This document shows, in pieces, positions 46,187 through 55,604 of a stretch of DNA of 64,000 nucleotides. The notes beneath the pieces were generated by a model, which saw nothing but the letters and a program-made list of their open reading frames with translations, searched no databases and was not told where the DNA came from. Source of the stretch: Patescibacteria group bacterium (GTDB lineage Bacteria > Patescibacteriota > WWE3 > UBA101185 > UBA10185). Position 1 is the stretch's first letter. Every line of letters begins with the position of its first letter. The stretch is taken from contig JBMORU010000001.1 of NCBI GenBank assembly GCA_049322215.1, forward strand, positions 708,023-772,022, written 5' to 3'. A program made the position numbers and the translations under genes.

Positions 46187-49100
46187 TTACTCGGTTAATT
46201 TTTCTAGAATTAAATTATCAAACCAAACAGTGCCCGAACCGTTTAGTGACAAATCGATTTTGGCGTAAGTAGCATCTGTGGGAGCTGTTCCTACTAATTC
46301 AATTGGTGTCCAACCATCACCTTTAAGTTGTGCGGATGGTATATTTACTTCGTAACGGTTTATATAACGAAGGCTTACAAGTCCTCCATAAAAATTCATA
46401 GTAATTTTCGCATTTTTTGTAACGTTAAAAGCCTTAACCCATACAGTTAGTTTGTAGGTTGTGTTTCCTTGGGGCAGAGGAATGTAACTTGGTTTGCTTA
46501 GCCAGTCTCCTCCGTAGCGATCATCTAACTGTATTATACTTAGTGATTTTGAACCTTTGTAGGCTTGATTTGCCCATTCAAATGTAGTTTGTCTTCCTCT
46601 TGTATTAAATGTTGTGCTTGGGTCACTTTCAAAGCTATCTGTGAATACTTCACCTGCTGCTAAGAGTTGTGTTTCATTAATTCCTGTCAATTCTTCAGTT
46701 GTACTTTCTTGGGTTTGATCAGGTTGCGTATTGTCAGTGTCTGTTCCGCCTTGTGGGTTTATTGGTGAAGTATTGCCAAAAGGGCTAACTATACTTTGTG
46801 TTCCTGGCCCAACATAAGCTAGTGTTAAGTAATCTATATCAGGACCTCCTTTATTAGTAGTGGCCTCAATACTTATTACGTTTGTCCCTTCTTGTAGTGT
46901 AATTGTTTTAGAAACATACCCTCTTGTGGTCCATGATCCTGTGCTTTCAAAAGGAATTACTTCTAAAGCAGTTCCATTTATGCTTAACGACATGTTTCTT
47001 GTTCCCTTGTTAAGGGCATAGTATATTTTCATGTCGTATTCACCTGCATTTTGTACTGTAATGCTCCATGTTATATAACCACCTTTGCCTAAAGGGTAAT
47101 CACTTAAATTAACATAACCTGTTCCACTGTATCCTTCGTGTACTGTTGCTACTTTAGATTCTCCACCTCTGACTTTGTCACCAAATTCTGCATCTTCGGC
47201 TTCGTACTTGTCTGATAAATCAGATCCACATGTTCCGCAGTCAGTTTCGCAACTGTTGCATGTTTCACTTTGTGAACATATATTGTCTCCACAAAAATCA
47301 CCCGGAATTGGATCAGGGTCTGGGCCTGGGCCTGGGTCTGGGTCAGGCAAAGGGTTACTGTATTGACTTACTTTTAGGTAGTCTAAGTTAGGTCCACCAT
47401 AAGTGGTAGTTGCCAAAAGTTCTATAGTATTAACACCTGCAACTAAGGGTGCATTAGTTGCTAAAATTTGCCAATTTGCCCAGTTTCCTGTTGTATTAAA
47501 GGTTAGTGTTTCTACAACCTTACCATTTACTATTAAGTTCATATCTCTTGCAAGTTTAGCTAATCCGTAGTTAAATCCTAACTCATATTCTCCAGTTTCT
47601 GAAGCTGTGATAGTCCATTTTACATAGCCCCCCGCACCATTTGGAAAGTCGCTTGTGTCTACGAATCCTGTTCCACTAAACCCGGCATGATTTGTTGCTA
47701 TTTTAGTGGTTCCTAATCCTGATGAATCACCAAATTCTGCATCTTCGGCTTCATAAACACCTGTTAAATTTGGTGTATTAACCGTTTCATCAGAAAGAAG
47801 TAAATCTCCCCAGCCAACTGGTTGATTTATACTTCCGCCGTCAGAGTTGGACCAAATGCTTTGATCTCTTCCTGATCCGGTTTCATCGTTTAAACCAATA
47901 TCGATAGAAATAGTTTTGTTGTCGGATGCCACATAATTTAAATCACTCCAGGGAATTCTTAGTTCCATTGTATAGCCCTCATCTGAATTATTATTATTTC
48001 CAACTGTCCCGCTAACTTTAACTTTAGACTCAAGTGAGCTATTCCAAGTTGCATCCGTGGCATGTTCGTCCCTTACTACATTTAAAATATTTAGTATAAA
48101 TTTATATACAGCTGTATCTTTAGAGTTTAATGCTTGTTTGCTTGTATCTACTACAAATTCTAGAGAATCATCTTGCCAAACGGAAGTATCAGTTACGGTG
48201 TTAACTGCATTTAGTGTGGTATCTGTTACATTTGCTCCAATATATAATGCATTTTCATCCCAAAGTAACTTATATGTTCCTGTACTTTGAGGCGTTTCGA
48301 GTACTAATTCGTTTGCATTTTCAAATTCATTTATTTCACCGTCAATGGATATAGGAGTTTCAGTTTTTTTAGCTTTGTACAGCTTGTCTGAACCTGTGCA
48401 TACACCACAGTCTGATGAGCAAGTACTGCAAGTTTCAGTGCCATTACATACATTGTCACCACAAGTAGGATCTGGGTCAGGTACTGGATCTGGATCTGGA
48501 TCTGGAGGTGGTGGTGTTGTGGAAGTGTAACCCGATTCTATAGCGCCTATATCTGGTTTGTTTCCTGCGTAATCATAATTAACTGGTTCGTTATTAGTCC
48601 AAGTAATACTTTTATCAACTGTAAGATCATTGTTATTGTAATTAACTGAAGTTACGCGCACTGTATCATCACCAATTCTTATCAAGTCACCTGCCTGAAG
48701 AGTGTAGCCATCTGTAAAGTATCTTGCATCTTTTACACTAATAACTTTTCCGTTACCTGCGCTATCTGTTGTTGTTAAGTTACCACCAGCATCAATTGCA
48801 GGGGAACCACTTGCAAGATTAAAATTTCGGGCACTTGCATTTACAAATTTAGGATCAGCTTCAAATGAGTTTTGATCTTTACCTGTTCCCGCTTTGTAAT
48901 CTGTAAAATTGTCATATACCGTATTTGTCCACTTAAATGTTTTTGGAGTAGAACCCGAGTAAAACAAATTGTAATCTAGTTGCCATGTTGAAGTATCTAC
49001 AAAATCGCGTGAAATATCATAGTGTTTTTTAGTAGCACTGCCTATGTGTGCCACAATATTGTTTTTATATCTGTAGTTTATTCCGCACTGGTGTCTGGAA

Positions 49101-50311
49101 CTTGCCGTAGTAGAATTATTGTCGGAATAAAAAGTGTTGTGCACATAAACTATGTCTTCGTTGGCTACTACTTCATCACAGCTTGTAGCTTCTGTAGAGT
49201 GTGCTGAGCTTCTCCCCCCAAAGTTTGAATTAAAACCATTGTTGTATGCTATATTTCTGCGGAGAATTCCATGTTTATAGTCTAAACCTGATGTAACACC
49301 TTCGCCTGCTATAATTACACCTTGTTTTGAATCAAACGCTAAGTTATCTTCCACAATTACATAGTCTCCAGGGGCATCCAGGTAAATAGCATTACCTACA
49401 TCGTCTACTAGGTTTCCTTTAACCAAAACGTAATCGGCTTGATCTACATTTAAGTCATCAGCATGTGCCGGTAAACTATCATCATTTTTCCAGCTTCGTC
49501 CTGCAATGGTAATCCCAATACTGTAACATTCATAAACTTCGTTATTAAGTATTCGCAAATAATCCACATTTCCACCTACTTGAATACAGTCAGCGTTGTC
49601 GTTAAGGTCACCTGATACGCCATATTTGTCATCTATGGTTACGTTACCTTCAATTAAAACATCTTGGACGCGCAAATAAACTGGGGGTTCATCATTACCT
49701 CCCCAAGAAGTAACACGAATATATGTCATATCTGGAGTATCTGTAGTATTTTCAAAGGTATTGTTTACAAATTGCACTCCTTTTGTTGTTTTAGTCTCAG
49801 CTTCGTGCGTAAGTGTAGAGTTAGGTACGTTTTCAAAGCGCAAGCCTTCTACTCTAATGTAGTCCTTTCCTTTAAAACGTAACGCAGTGTTTTTAAGTAT
49901 GGGTGTTTCGCCAGGATAATTTTTAAAAGTTATGTAGTTTCCACTAGACCCTGAAGGACCTGTGTTTATTATTAAAACACCTTCACTGTATGTACCTGCT
50001 CTTAAACACACCGTATCTCCAGGAGATAAATTGTTTGTTGAAGTAGCATATTTTATTGTTTTCCATGGTGAAGAAGCAGAAGTGCCTGAGCTGTTGTCGT
50101 TACCGTTTGGTGCCACATAATGGGTACAGCTTGAAGAGGAGGATTGCAAAACATCGCCAACATTTTTTTGTATTATCTGAGAGATTTTATTTTCTGAGTT
50201 GTTTAAAGTAAGGGCGGTGACTCCTACTACAACAAGTAGCGCTACTGCAATACCTACGTGAACGAATCCCTTTTGCTCAGTGTTATGCTCAGCTGGATAT
50301 ATAGATAACAT
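46187..50311 (-). CDS. Giant (1374 aa) membrane-anchored surface protein. Right-handed beta-helix (pectate-lyase-like), two Cys-rich modules, two CBM6/CBM35-like modules and a C-terminal domain of unknown function.
   Basis: N-terminal TM. Asn-rich PbH1-like repeats. PDPDPDP linkers. CGDN[VI]C...ETC..C..DCG.C occurs twice. YEAEDAEFGD...GFSGTGFVD occurs twice. Confidence 0.7.
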   Translation of the reverse strand: MLSIYPAEHNTEQKGFVHVGIAVALLVVVGVTALTLNNSENKISQIIQKNVGDVLQSSSSSCTHYVAPNGNDNSSGTSASSPWKTIKYATSTNNLSPGDTVCLRAGTYSEGVLIINTGPSGSSGNYITFKNYPGETPILKNTALRFKGKDYIRVEGLRFENVPNSTLTHEAETKTTKGVQFVNNTFENTTDTPDMTYIRVTSWGGNDEPPVYLRVQDVLIEGNVTIDDKYGVSGDLNDNADCIQVGGNVDYLRILNNEVYECYSIGITIAGRSWKNDDSLPAHADDLNVDQADYVLVKGNLVDDVGNAIYLDAPGDYVIVEDNLAFDSKQGVIIAGEGVTSGLDYKHGILRRNIAYNNGFNSNFGGRSSAHSTEATSCDEVVANEDIVYVHNTFYSDNNSTTASSRHQCGINYRYKNNIVAHIGSATKKHYDISRDFVDTSTWQLDYNLFYSGSTPKTFKWTNTVYDNFTDYKAGTGKDQNSFEADPKFVNASARNFNLASGSPAIDAGGNLTTTDSAGNGKVISVKDARYFTDGYTLQAGDLIRIGDDTVRVTSVNYNNNDLTVDKSITWTNNEPVNYDYAGNKPDIGAIESGYTSTTPPPPDPDPDPVPDPDPTCGDNVCNGTETCSTCSSDCGVCTGSDKLYKAKKTETPISIDGEINEFENANELVLETPQSTGTYKLLWDENALYIGANVTDTTLNAVNTVTDTSVWQDDSLEFVVDTSKQALNSKDTAVYKFILNILNVVRDEHATDATWNSSLESKVKVSGTVGNNNNSDEGYTMELRIPWSDLNYVASDNKTISIDIGLNDETGSGRDQSIWSNSDGGSINQPVGWGDLLLSDETVNTPNLTGVYEAEDAEFGDSSGLGTTKIATNHAGFSGTGFVDTSDFPNGAGGYVKWTITASETGEYELGFNYGLAKLARDMNLIVNGKVVETLTFNTTGNWANWQILATNAPLVAGVNTIELLATTTYGGPNLDYLKVSQYSNPLPDPDPGPGPDPDPIPGDFCGDNICSQSETCNSCETDCGTCGSDLSDKYEAEDAEFGDKVRGGESKVATVHEGYSGTGYVNLSDYPLGKGGYITWSITVQNAGEYDMKIYYALNKGTRNMSLSINGTALEVIPFESTGSWTTRGYVSKTITLQEGTNVISIEATTNKGGPDIDYLTLAYVGPGTQSIVSPFGNTSPINPQGGTDTDNTQPDQTQESTTEELTGINETQLLAAGEVFTDSFESDPSTTFNTRGRQTTFEWANQAYKGSKSLSIIQLDDRYGGDWLSKPSYIPLPQGNTTYKLTVWVKAFNVTKNAKITMNFYGGLVSLRYINRYEVNIPSAQLKGDGWTPIELVGTAPTDATYAKIDLSLNGSGTVWFDNLILEKLTE

Positions 50312-50411
50312 TTAATTTATTATGTTTCACAGATATATAGGCTGTCAAGACACAAAAAAAATGGGAGTAGCATAAACACAATTTATGATTGTTTATGATA
50401 CTCCCTTGGAA

Positions 50412-50783
50412 TTATCCATTTGCTGCAATAACCGCCTTCAAAAGGTGGCTCTGCAACTGATCAAATTGACGTTCCCCCTTAAAAATATTGTGAAAGCAGT
50501 AATGTTCCTCGTTATGAAAAAACTTCCACAATTCTACTTCATCTTTCATGTTGAGTAGGTCCAGCAATAAAGTCACCCACCCTTCCAGTGAAAAATCTAC
50601 GATTTTACCCATAATGCTCACAATTGCATCTGAAATGGGATTTGCTACGCCAATCTCCTGGTTATGATCAATTCTTTCCACAAGCTGCGTATGCACCATC
50701 ATATATTTTTCATGCTTTTCTGCAAGGCCTATGAAAACGTGTGGATTTACTTTACGACTGATTTGAACATGTTGAGCTCGCAT
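50412..50783 (-). CDS. Hypothetical protein (weak hemerythrin-like H/E motifs)
   Basis: FHNEEHYCFH and other His/Glu pairs. Low confidence. Confidence 0.3.
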   Translation of the reverse strand: MRAQHVQISRKVNPHVFIGLAEKHEKYMMVHTQLVERIDHNQEIGVANPISDAIVSIMGKIVDFSLEGWVTLLLDLLNMKDEVELWKFFHNEEHYCFHNIFKGERQFDQLQSHLLKAVIAANG

Positions 50784-50933
50784 TTTTTGTTTCTCCTTAT
50801 GTATCTGGTTATTTGACTGATATTATTATTATACAATTAAAGCCCAATTTCGGCAACCTATAGCATTAAACGGTTTACGTTTCTATAGTATAATGCTCAT
50901 TACAAACTCGCAAAATATAAATAAGGAGACAAA

Positions 50934-51206
50934 ATGCGAACAAAAAGCGCAAAGATACTAAACATTGAGAAATTAGATTTACCTAATTCCATTGGCAAGA
51001 GAGTAGTTATGCAATTGGAGACTTCTGCCAGTACATCGGTTACGCTGATTCCAACAAAAGTTGAAGGAAACAAGGTTACTGGCAATGTTGTTATGGTAGG
51101 GGCTCACAAAAACAGCGAATGGACAGAGGTGTTTTTCTGGTGTATTGGTAACGATCCTTTTGGAATAGTGGAAAACGGAGTTTTTACTATTTATGTAGAA
51201 GATTAG
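50934..51206 (+). CDS. Hypothetical protein
   Basis: RBS AAGGAG. Confidence 0.35.
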   Translation: MRTKSAKILNIEKLDLPNSIGKRVVMQLETSASTSVTLIPTKVEGNKVTGNVVMVGAHKNSEWTEVFFWCIGNDPFGIVENGVFTIYVED

Positions 51207-51250
51207 TGCAAAACAGCCTCTTAAAGTACAAAGACGTATTTTAAGGGGCT

Positions 51251-51457
51251 TTACTTTTCACCAAGCCATGCTTTTTCTGATACCTTTGCTTCTTTTTCAG
51301 AAATTACTTTTACAATAATTCCCATTTGAACCATTACATAATCTCCCACTTTTAATTCTTCTCCACCTGTTAAAACCTTGCGTTCTTCACTAGGATATTT
51401 AACAGTAGCTTGTTGCCCATTTAGTTCTATAATTTTACCTGGTATTGCCAAACACAT
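51251..51457 (-). CDS. hypC: [NiFe]-hydrogenase maturation chaperone HypC/HupF
   Basis: Begins MCLAIPGKIIE, the invariant MC(L/I)AIP N-terminus. The ORF track's GTG extension is rejected. Confidence 0.7.
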   Translation of the reverse strand: MCLAIPGKIIELNGQQATVKYPSEERKVLTGGEELKVGDYVMVQMGIIVKVISEKEAKVSEKAWLGEK

Positions 51458-51498
51458 TGGTGTTATTATAAACACATATAGTTAGATATAAAACAAAA

Positions 51499-52017
51499 AT
51501 GCAAACAGAGAATTTACAAACACTTCAACAAGCTCCATCAAAAAAGTTAGTTATTGGTTGGTTTTCATTTACTTGCTGTGAAGACAGTACTATTTTAATG
51601 ACAGAAATGTTAAATGACCATTTAGATGAATGGAAGAAACTTGTGGAATTTAGATATGCGCGTGCACTAAAGACAAAAAACGAAATAAGAGATTTAGATG
51701 TAGCCTTTATTGAAGGGGCAATTTCGTCTGAAACTCAGGCAAGAGAAGTGCAAAAAATAAGAGACAATTCAAAGTATGTTGTAGCAATAGGAGCTTGTGC
51801 TTGTACAGGTATGCCTTCTGCAAGTAGAAACGAATTTGTTGATGATCAAATTAATGAGAAAATAGAATGGTATTTTAGTCATTTTGATTACAGTAAAAAA
51901 GTAGTAAAACTTGATGAAATTATTAAAATTGATGATCAAGTTAATGGTTGTCCAATGAACGCTAATGTGTTTTTGGAAGTATTAAATAAGTATTTAAAAA
52001 TTTTTGAAATTATATAA
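51499..52017 (+). CDS. [NiFe]-hydrogenase small subunit (short NuoB-like type, proximal [4Fe-4S] cluster only)
   Basis: TCCEDS, GACACTG and GCPM correspond to the CC...C...GCPP cluster-binding pattern. Confidence 0.65.
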   Translation: MQTENLQTLQQAPSKKLVIGWFSFTCCEDSTILMTEMLNDHLDEWKKLVEFRYARALKTKNEIRDLDVAFIEGAISSETQAREVQKIRDNSKYVVAIGACACTGMPSASRNEFVDDQINEKIEWYFSHFDYSKKVVKLDEIIKIDDQVNGCPMNANVFLEVLNKYLKIFEII

Positions 52018-53319
52018 ATGCATAGTGGTGAAATAAACATAGATAATATTACAAAAATAGAAGGTTCTGCCGGGTTAAAAGTAACTGTAAAAGACGGCAA
52101 AGTAGAGGATTTGAAGTTTATTATTAGCGACTATAGAAGGTTTTACACAGAAGCTGTTAAAGGTAAACCCTTTATTGCTGCTCCTTCGTTTTTATCTAGA
52201 ATTTGCGGAACGTGTTCGGTAGCCCATTTATTTGCAGCATTAGAGGCTATAGAAAAATCTCAAGGTATACAAAATACAGAGCAAACCAAGCTTTTAAGAC
52301 GTTTAGCCTATACAGGTTTAATGATTAGAGATCATGCTCTACATTTATACTTTTTTGTTTTACCAGATATTTTAGGAATAGATTCTATTTTAGATATTCC
52401 AGATGATCACGATGATTTAGGTCACGTATTACTTCATGATTCATTTGATATTAAAAAATTAGGTACCGAAATTACAAACGTTATAATTGGTGCTGCAATA
52501 CACGCACCTTATCCAACCCCTGGTGGGTTTTTGAAAAACCCTGATCCAAGTAAGTTTCCTGCACTTATTGAACAATTACAAAAAATAAGACCTCAAGTTT
52601 TACGTGGCATTGAAACATTCGCGGCCTGGGATCATAAGTTAATAAGAAATTCAGACTATTTATGTTTACGCAATGATAATCACTTTGACTTTTTGGAAGG
52701 TGATGTTATTAATTCCTCAGGTAAGCGTGTTTCAGAAGAGAAATTTCATGACTTCTTAAAGTCAGTTGTAATACCTTATTCTCAAGCAGAAGGTTATGTC
52801 TTTTCAGACGCGCATTCTGATTATTTTGTTGGATCCTTAGCACGCATAAACTTCAATAAAGATTTATTACATCCAAATACACAAAAAGACGCTGCTGAAC
52901 ATTTAAAATTGTTTCCTTCAAACAATATTCATCATAACGACTTGGCTCAAGCAATAGAAATTTTACATTGTGTAGATGATGCTATTGATATTTTAAGTTC
53001 AATCGAAATAAAAGACGAAAAACCTATTAGGGTACCTTTTAAAGCAGGTATTGGGGTAGGAGTTATAGAAGCTCCTCGCGGGATTTTGTATCATATGGCA
53101 GAAATTGATAATACAGGAATGATTATCGATTATGATGTAATTGTTCCTACTGCACAAAATCAAATAAATATAGAAAACGATTTAAAAAAGTACTTTAATG
53201 AAAATATTTCCAAGGACAAAGACACACTAAGGCTTGAAGCTGAAAAAATTATTAGAGCTTATGATCCTTGTATGTCTTGCGCAACCAACTTTTTAAAAAT
53301 GGAGTGGATAGAGGAGTAA
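52018..53319 (+). CDS. [NiFe]-hydrogenase large subunit (group 3-like, 433 aa)
   Basis: N-terminal RICGTCSVAH (RxCGxC) and C-terminal DPCMSC (DPCxxC) Ni-Fe ligand motifs. Starts 1 nt after the small-subunit stop. Confidence 0.75.
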   Translation: MHSGEINIDNITKIEGSAGLKVTVKDGKVEDLKFIISDYRRFYTEAVKGKPFIAAPSFLSRICGTCSVAHLFAALEAIEKSQGIQNTEQTKLLRRLAYTGLMIRDHALHLYFFVLPDILGIDSILDIPDDHDDLGHVLLHDSFDIKKLGTEITNVIIGAAIHAPYPTPGGFLKNPDPSKFPALIEQLQKIRPQVLRGIETFAAWDHKLIRNSDYLCLRNDNHFDFLEGDVINSSGKRVSEEKFHDFLKSVVIPYSQAEGYVFSDAHSDYFVGSLARINFNKDLLHPNTQKDAAEHLKLFPSNNIHHNDLAQAIEILHCVDDAIDILSSIEIKDEKPIRVPFKAGIGVGVIEAPRGILYHMAEIDNTGMIIDYDVIVPTAQNQINIENDLKKYFNENISKDKDTLRLEAEKIIRAYDPCMSCATNFLKMEWIEE

Positions 53320-53663
53320 TCTTTTTTCGTAAGTCTTGAAGGAATTCCAATTAAAACTGTATCTCCTAGTTTTCCTAATTTATTGAGGTATTTTAATTGA
53401 AAGCCTAAATCAAAATCATGCACTGAGTTTCTAGGAGAAAGAACAAGTTTTTCTATAGCATTTTTTGTAAAAGTTTTAGGAGATGGTAAGTCTAAAATCA
53501 CATCTAGTATTATTACTTTTGGTTTATTTGCAAAAGGTAAATCTTCGTTTGGCTTTACATTTATAAAATTTATTTCAGGAAACTCCTTTTTTATTTTTTT
53601 AGCTATTTTAATAGAACTATTATCTATTTCTAAATCTTCATTGCCAAAAATATAGACTTCCAT
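53259..53663 (-). CDS. Hydrogenase maturation endopeptidase (HycI/HoxW-like)
   Basis: VYIFGNEDLEIDNSS and SVHDFDLG resemble the GNxxxxDDGxG and xxHxxGL motifs. The 3' end overlaps the large-subunit 3' end by 61 nt (convergent). Confidence 0.45.
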   Translation of the reverse strand: MEVYIFGNEDLEIDNSSIKIAKKIKKEFPEINFINVKPNEDLPFANKPKVIILDVILDLPSPKTFTKNAIEKLVLSPRNSVHDFDLGFQLKYLNKLGKLGDTVLIGIPSRLTKKDYSSIHSIFKKLVAQDIQGS

Positions 53664-53692
53664 ATTAAATTATCTTACCCTAAGGCAGTACC

Positions 53693-54418
53693 ATGCGTAA
53701 GACTAATAAAAAAACAGAAGGATTACAGTTAGTAGCAAGATTTGCTTTACCCCCAAATTCCATGGGGTATTGTGGTCGTGATAGCGCTCCCGAAAAGTTT
53801 AAAAAGTGTTTCATTCATGGAGAATGTGTAGATATTGAAGAAGAGGTAACAAAGTTTATAGTTCTTAACCCTTATTTGCAAACTATTTCAAAAGTTACTG
53901 GTTTGCCTTTTTGTTCAAAAAAGGTTGTTGAATGCTACTGGCTTGGGAATGACTTAATACATGAATTTAAGATAGAACACTACAATTTACTACTTGATGA
54001 GTTTTTAAAGCAGGGAGTTCCTACGTGGTTTGTAGAAGAATTGCGCGAAAAGCAACCTAAAAAATTTATTCCAACACACTTGTTTCAGGTTATGCACGTA
54101 GGTGTTGGTAAAGCAAGCGGTACTGTTCCGTTTAATTTGGAGTCTATAAATAGTTGTATGATTCGATGGGGACAAGTTTTATCTATTTCGTCAAATACTT
54201 TCACAGCACTTACAAAATACATAACTCAAAAAAGTGATGGAAACTACTTTATATCCCAAGTTGAAGAAACTTTTGAGTATGTTTCTGATTTTCTTCCAAA
54301 TTTAAGTGTTGGCGATATTGTAGCTGTTCACTGGAAGCAGCCTGTAAAAATACTAACTAATGCTGAAGTGGAAAATTTAGTTAAATGGACTAATAACGTT
54401 CTTCAAGTAATTCAGTAG
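53693..54418 (+). CDS. Hypothetical protein with an N-terminal CGR...C...C cluster, within the hydrogenase neighbourhood
   Basis: MGYCGRDSAPEKFKKCFIHGEC. Confidence 0.35.
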   Translation: MRKTNKKTEGLQLVARFALPPNSMGYCGRDSAPEKFKKCFIHGECVDIEEEVTKFIVLNPYLQTISKVTGLPFCSKKVVECYWLGNDLIHEFKIEHYNLLLDEFLKQGVPTWFVEELREKQPKKFIPTHLFQVMHVGVGKASGTVPFNLESINSCMIRWGQVLSISSNTFTALTKYITQKSDGNYFISQVEETFEYVSDFLPNLSVGDIVAVHWKQPVKILTNAEVENLVKWTNNVLQVIQ

Positions 54419-55364
54419 CACTGTAGGGTTTTAACACAAATAATAGTATGCAAATTCCTGCTACAATGAGTACTGTCTGAACAGACAAATTAAAGTTCCA
54501 CACTTTTGTAATAAAAACTGCAGAAAGAATATTTGTCACTAGTGTAGAACTAGCAAGCACTGTTGCTACAGTAATTGCTTTTTCTTCACTAAGCGCTTTA
54601 TACCAAGTAGATACGTAAAGAAGTAATGTTATCACAGTGGCAGAAACCCAAAATATTTGCGTAGTTGTTAATTCCGTAACTTGTAAAAATGTACTTGGTT
54701 TGGTTATATAGCTTGCCACTAAAAGTATTATTGATCCAATACCCATTCTAAACAGAACTACTATTTGTGAATCTACCGTTTGTAATGCTTTCTTTGCAAT
54801 TATATTTTCTATTGCCCAAAAAATCGTAGCTGCCAAAACCATTAACTCTCCTAATGAGAATCTAAAACCTTGAAATCCGCCTACAAACACGTTCCCACCA
54901 AAAACAGCTAAAATTGCAATTGTGTGCCATTTAGTAATTTTTTCTTTTAAAAATGGTATTGCCAATAAAGCAACCCATAAAACTAAAGTTTTATGTATTA
55001 GGGCAGCATTTAAGGCAGGAATTAAAGTTATTCCTTTAAAAAATAAATAAAAAGGTATGGTTCCTCCAACAATTCCTATTAGTGTTAAAGTTTTGAAATC
55101 TTTTTTAGTTATTTTTGTTAAGTTTTTCCACCTGCTTGTTAGTATTAATAAGCTAATTATTAGTAAAGTAACCGCGGAGTTTTTTAATGCGGTAAAAAAT
55201 AGGGGAGAGTCGAATGCATCAACAGCAAATTTGTTTATAAATATTGAAACACCAGATATTAGAGATGTAGTAAGTGCCAAATATAGGCCTTTGTTTTTAT
55301 TTAAGTTCATTATTTCAGTATTAATTTGGCCAAACCTGATTTCCTGCTTCGTCCCATACCACAA
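54390..55364 (-). CDS. EamA/DMT-superfamily transporter (10 TM helices)
   Basis: Two-repeat layout of 5+5 TM helices. Confidence 0.5.
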   Translation of the reverse strand: MWYGTKQEIRFGQINTEIMNLNKNKGLYLALTTSLISGVSIFINKFAVDAFDSPLFFTALKNSAVTLLIISLLILTSRWKNLTKITKKDFKTLTLIGIVGGTIPFYLFFKGITLIPALNAALIHKTLVLWVALLAIPFLKEKITKWHTIAILAVFGGNVFVGGFQGFRFSLGELMVLAATIFWAIENIIAKKALQTVDSQIVVLFRMGIGSIILLVASYITKPSTFLQVTELTTTQIFWVSATVITLLLYVSTWYKALSEEKAITVATVLASSTLVTNILSAVFITKVWNFNLSVQTVLIVAGICILLFVLKPYSATELLEERY

Positions 55365-55563
55365 TTGCCTTTGTTGGGCATGATTGTGCTGCCATAAGAA
55401 CGTTTTCTAGTGTGTCGGCACTTGTGTCTTGAATTACTGCTTTATTTTCTCCATCTAAAACAAATGTTTCTGGTGAAAATGCTAAACAAGATGCTGCGCC
55501 AATACAGGCGTTTCTTAAAACTTGAACTTTAAAATTACCAATTTGAACTATTTTATCTTCCAT
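55321..55563 (-). CDS. Small ferredoxin (3-Cys plus CP type)
   Basis: CIGAASC ... SCP. Confidence 0.5.
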   Translation of the reverse strand: MEDKIVQIGNFKVQVLRNACIGAASCLAFSPETFVLDGENKAVIQDTSADTLENVLMAAQSCPTKAIVVWDEAGNQVWPN

Positions 55564-55604
55564 AAATATAAGAATAATGCTTTAAACTTTTATTTTCAAT
55601 ATTA

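Noticed and set aside
47175-49882. Small plus-strand ORFs (47175..47366, 48057..48290, 48345..48530, 49022..49207, 49664..49882)
   Set aside because: They are antisense to the 1374-aa surface-protein gene. Several simply mirror the PD/GS linker repeats.
51458-51475. GTG-initiated N-terminal extension (MFIITP) of HypC
   Set aside because: HypC proteins invariantly begin MC(L/I)AIP, and the ATG at 51455..51457 gives exactly that.
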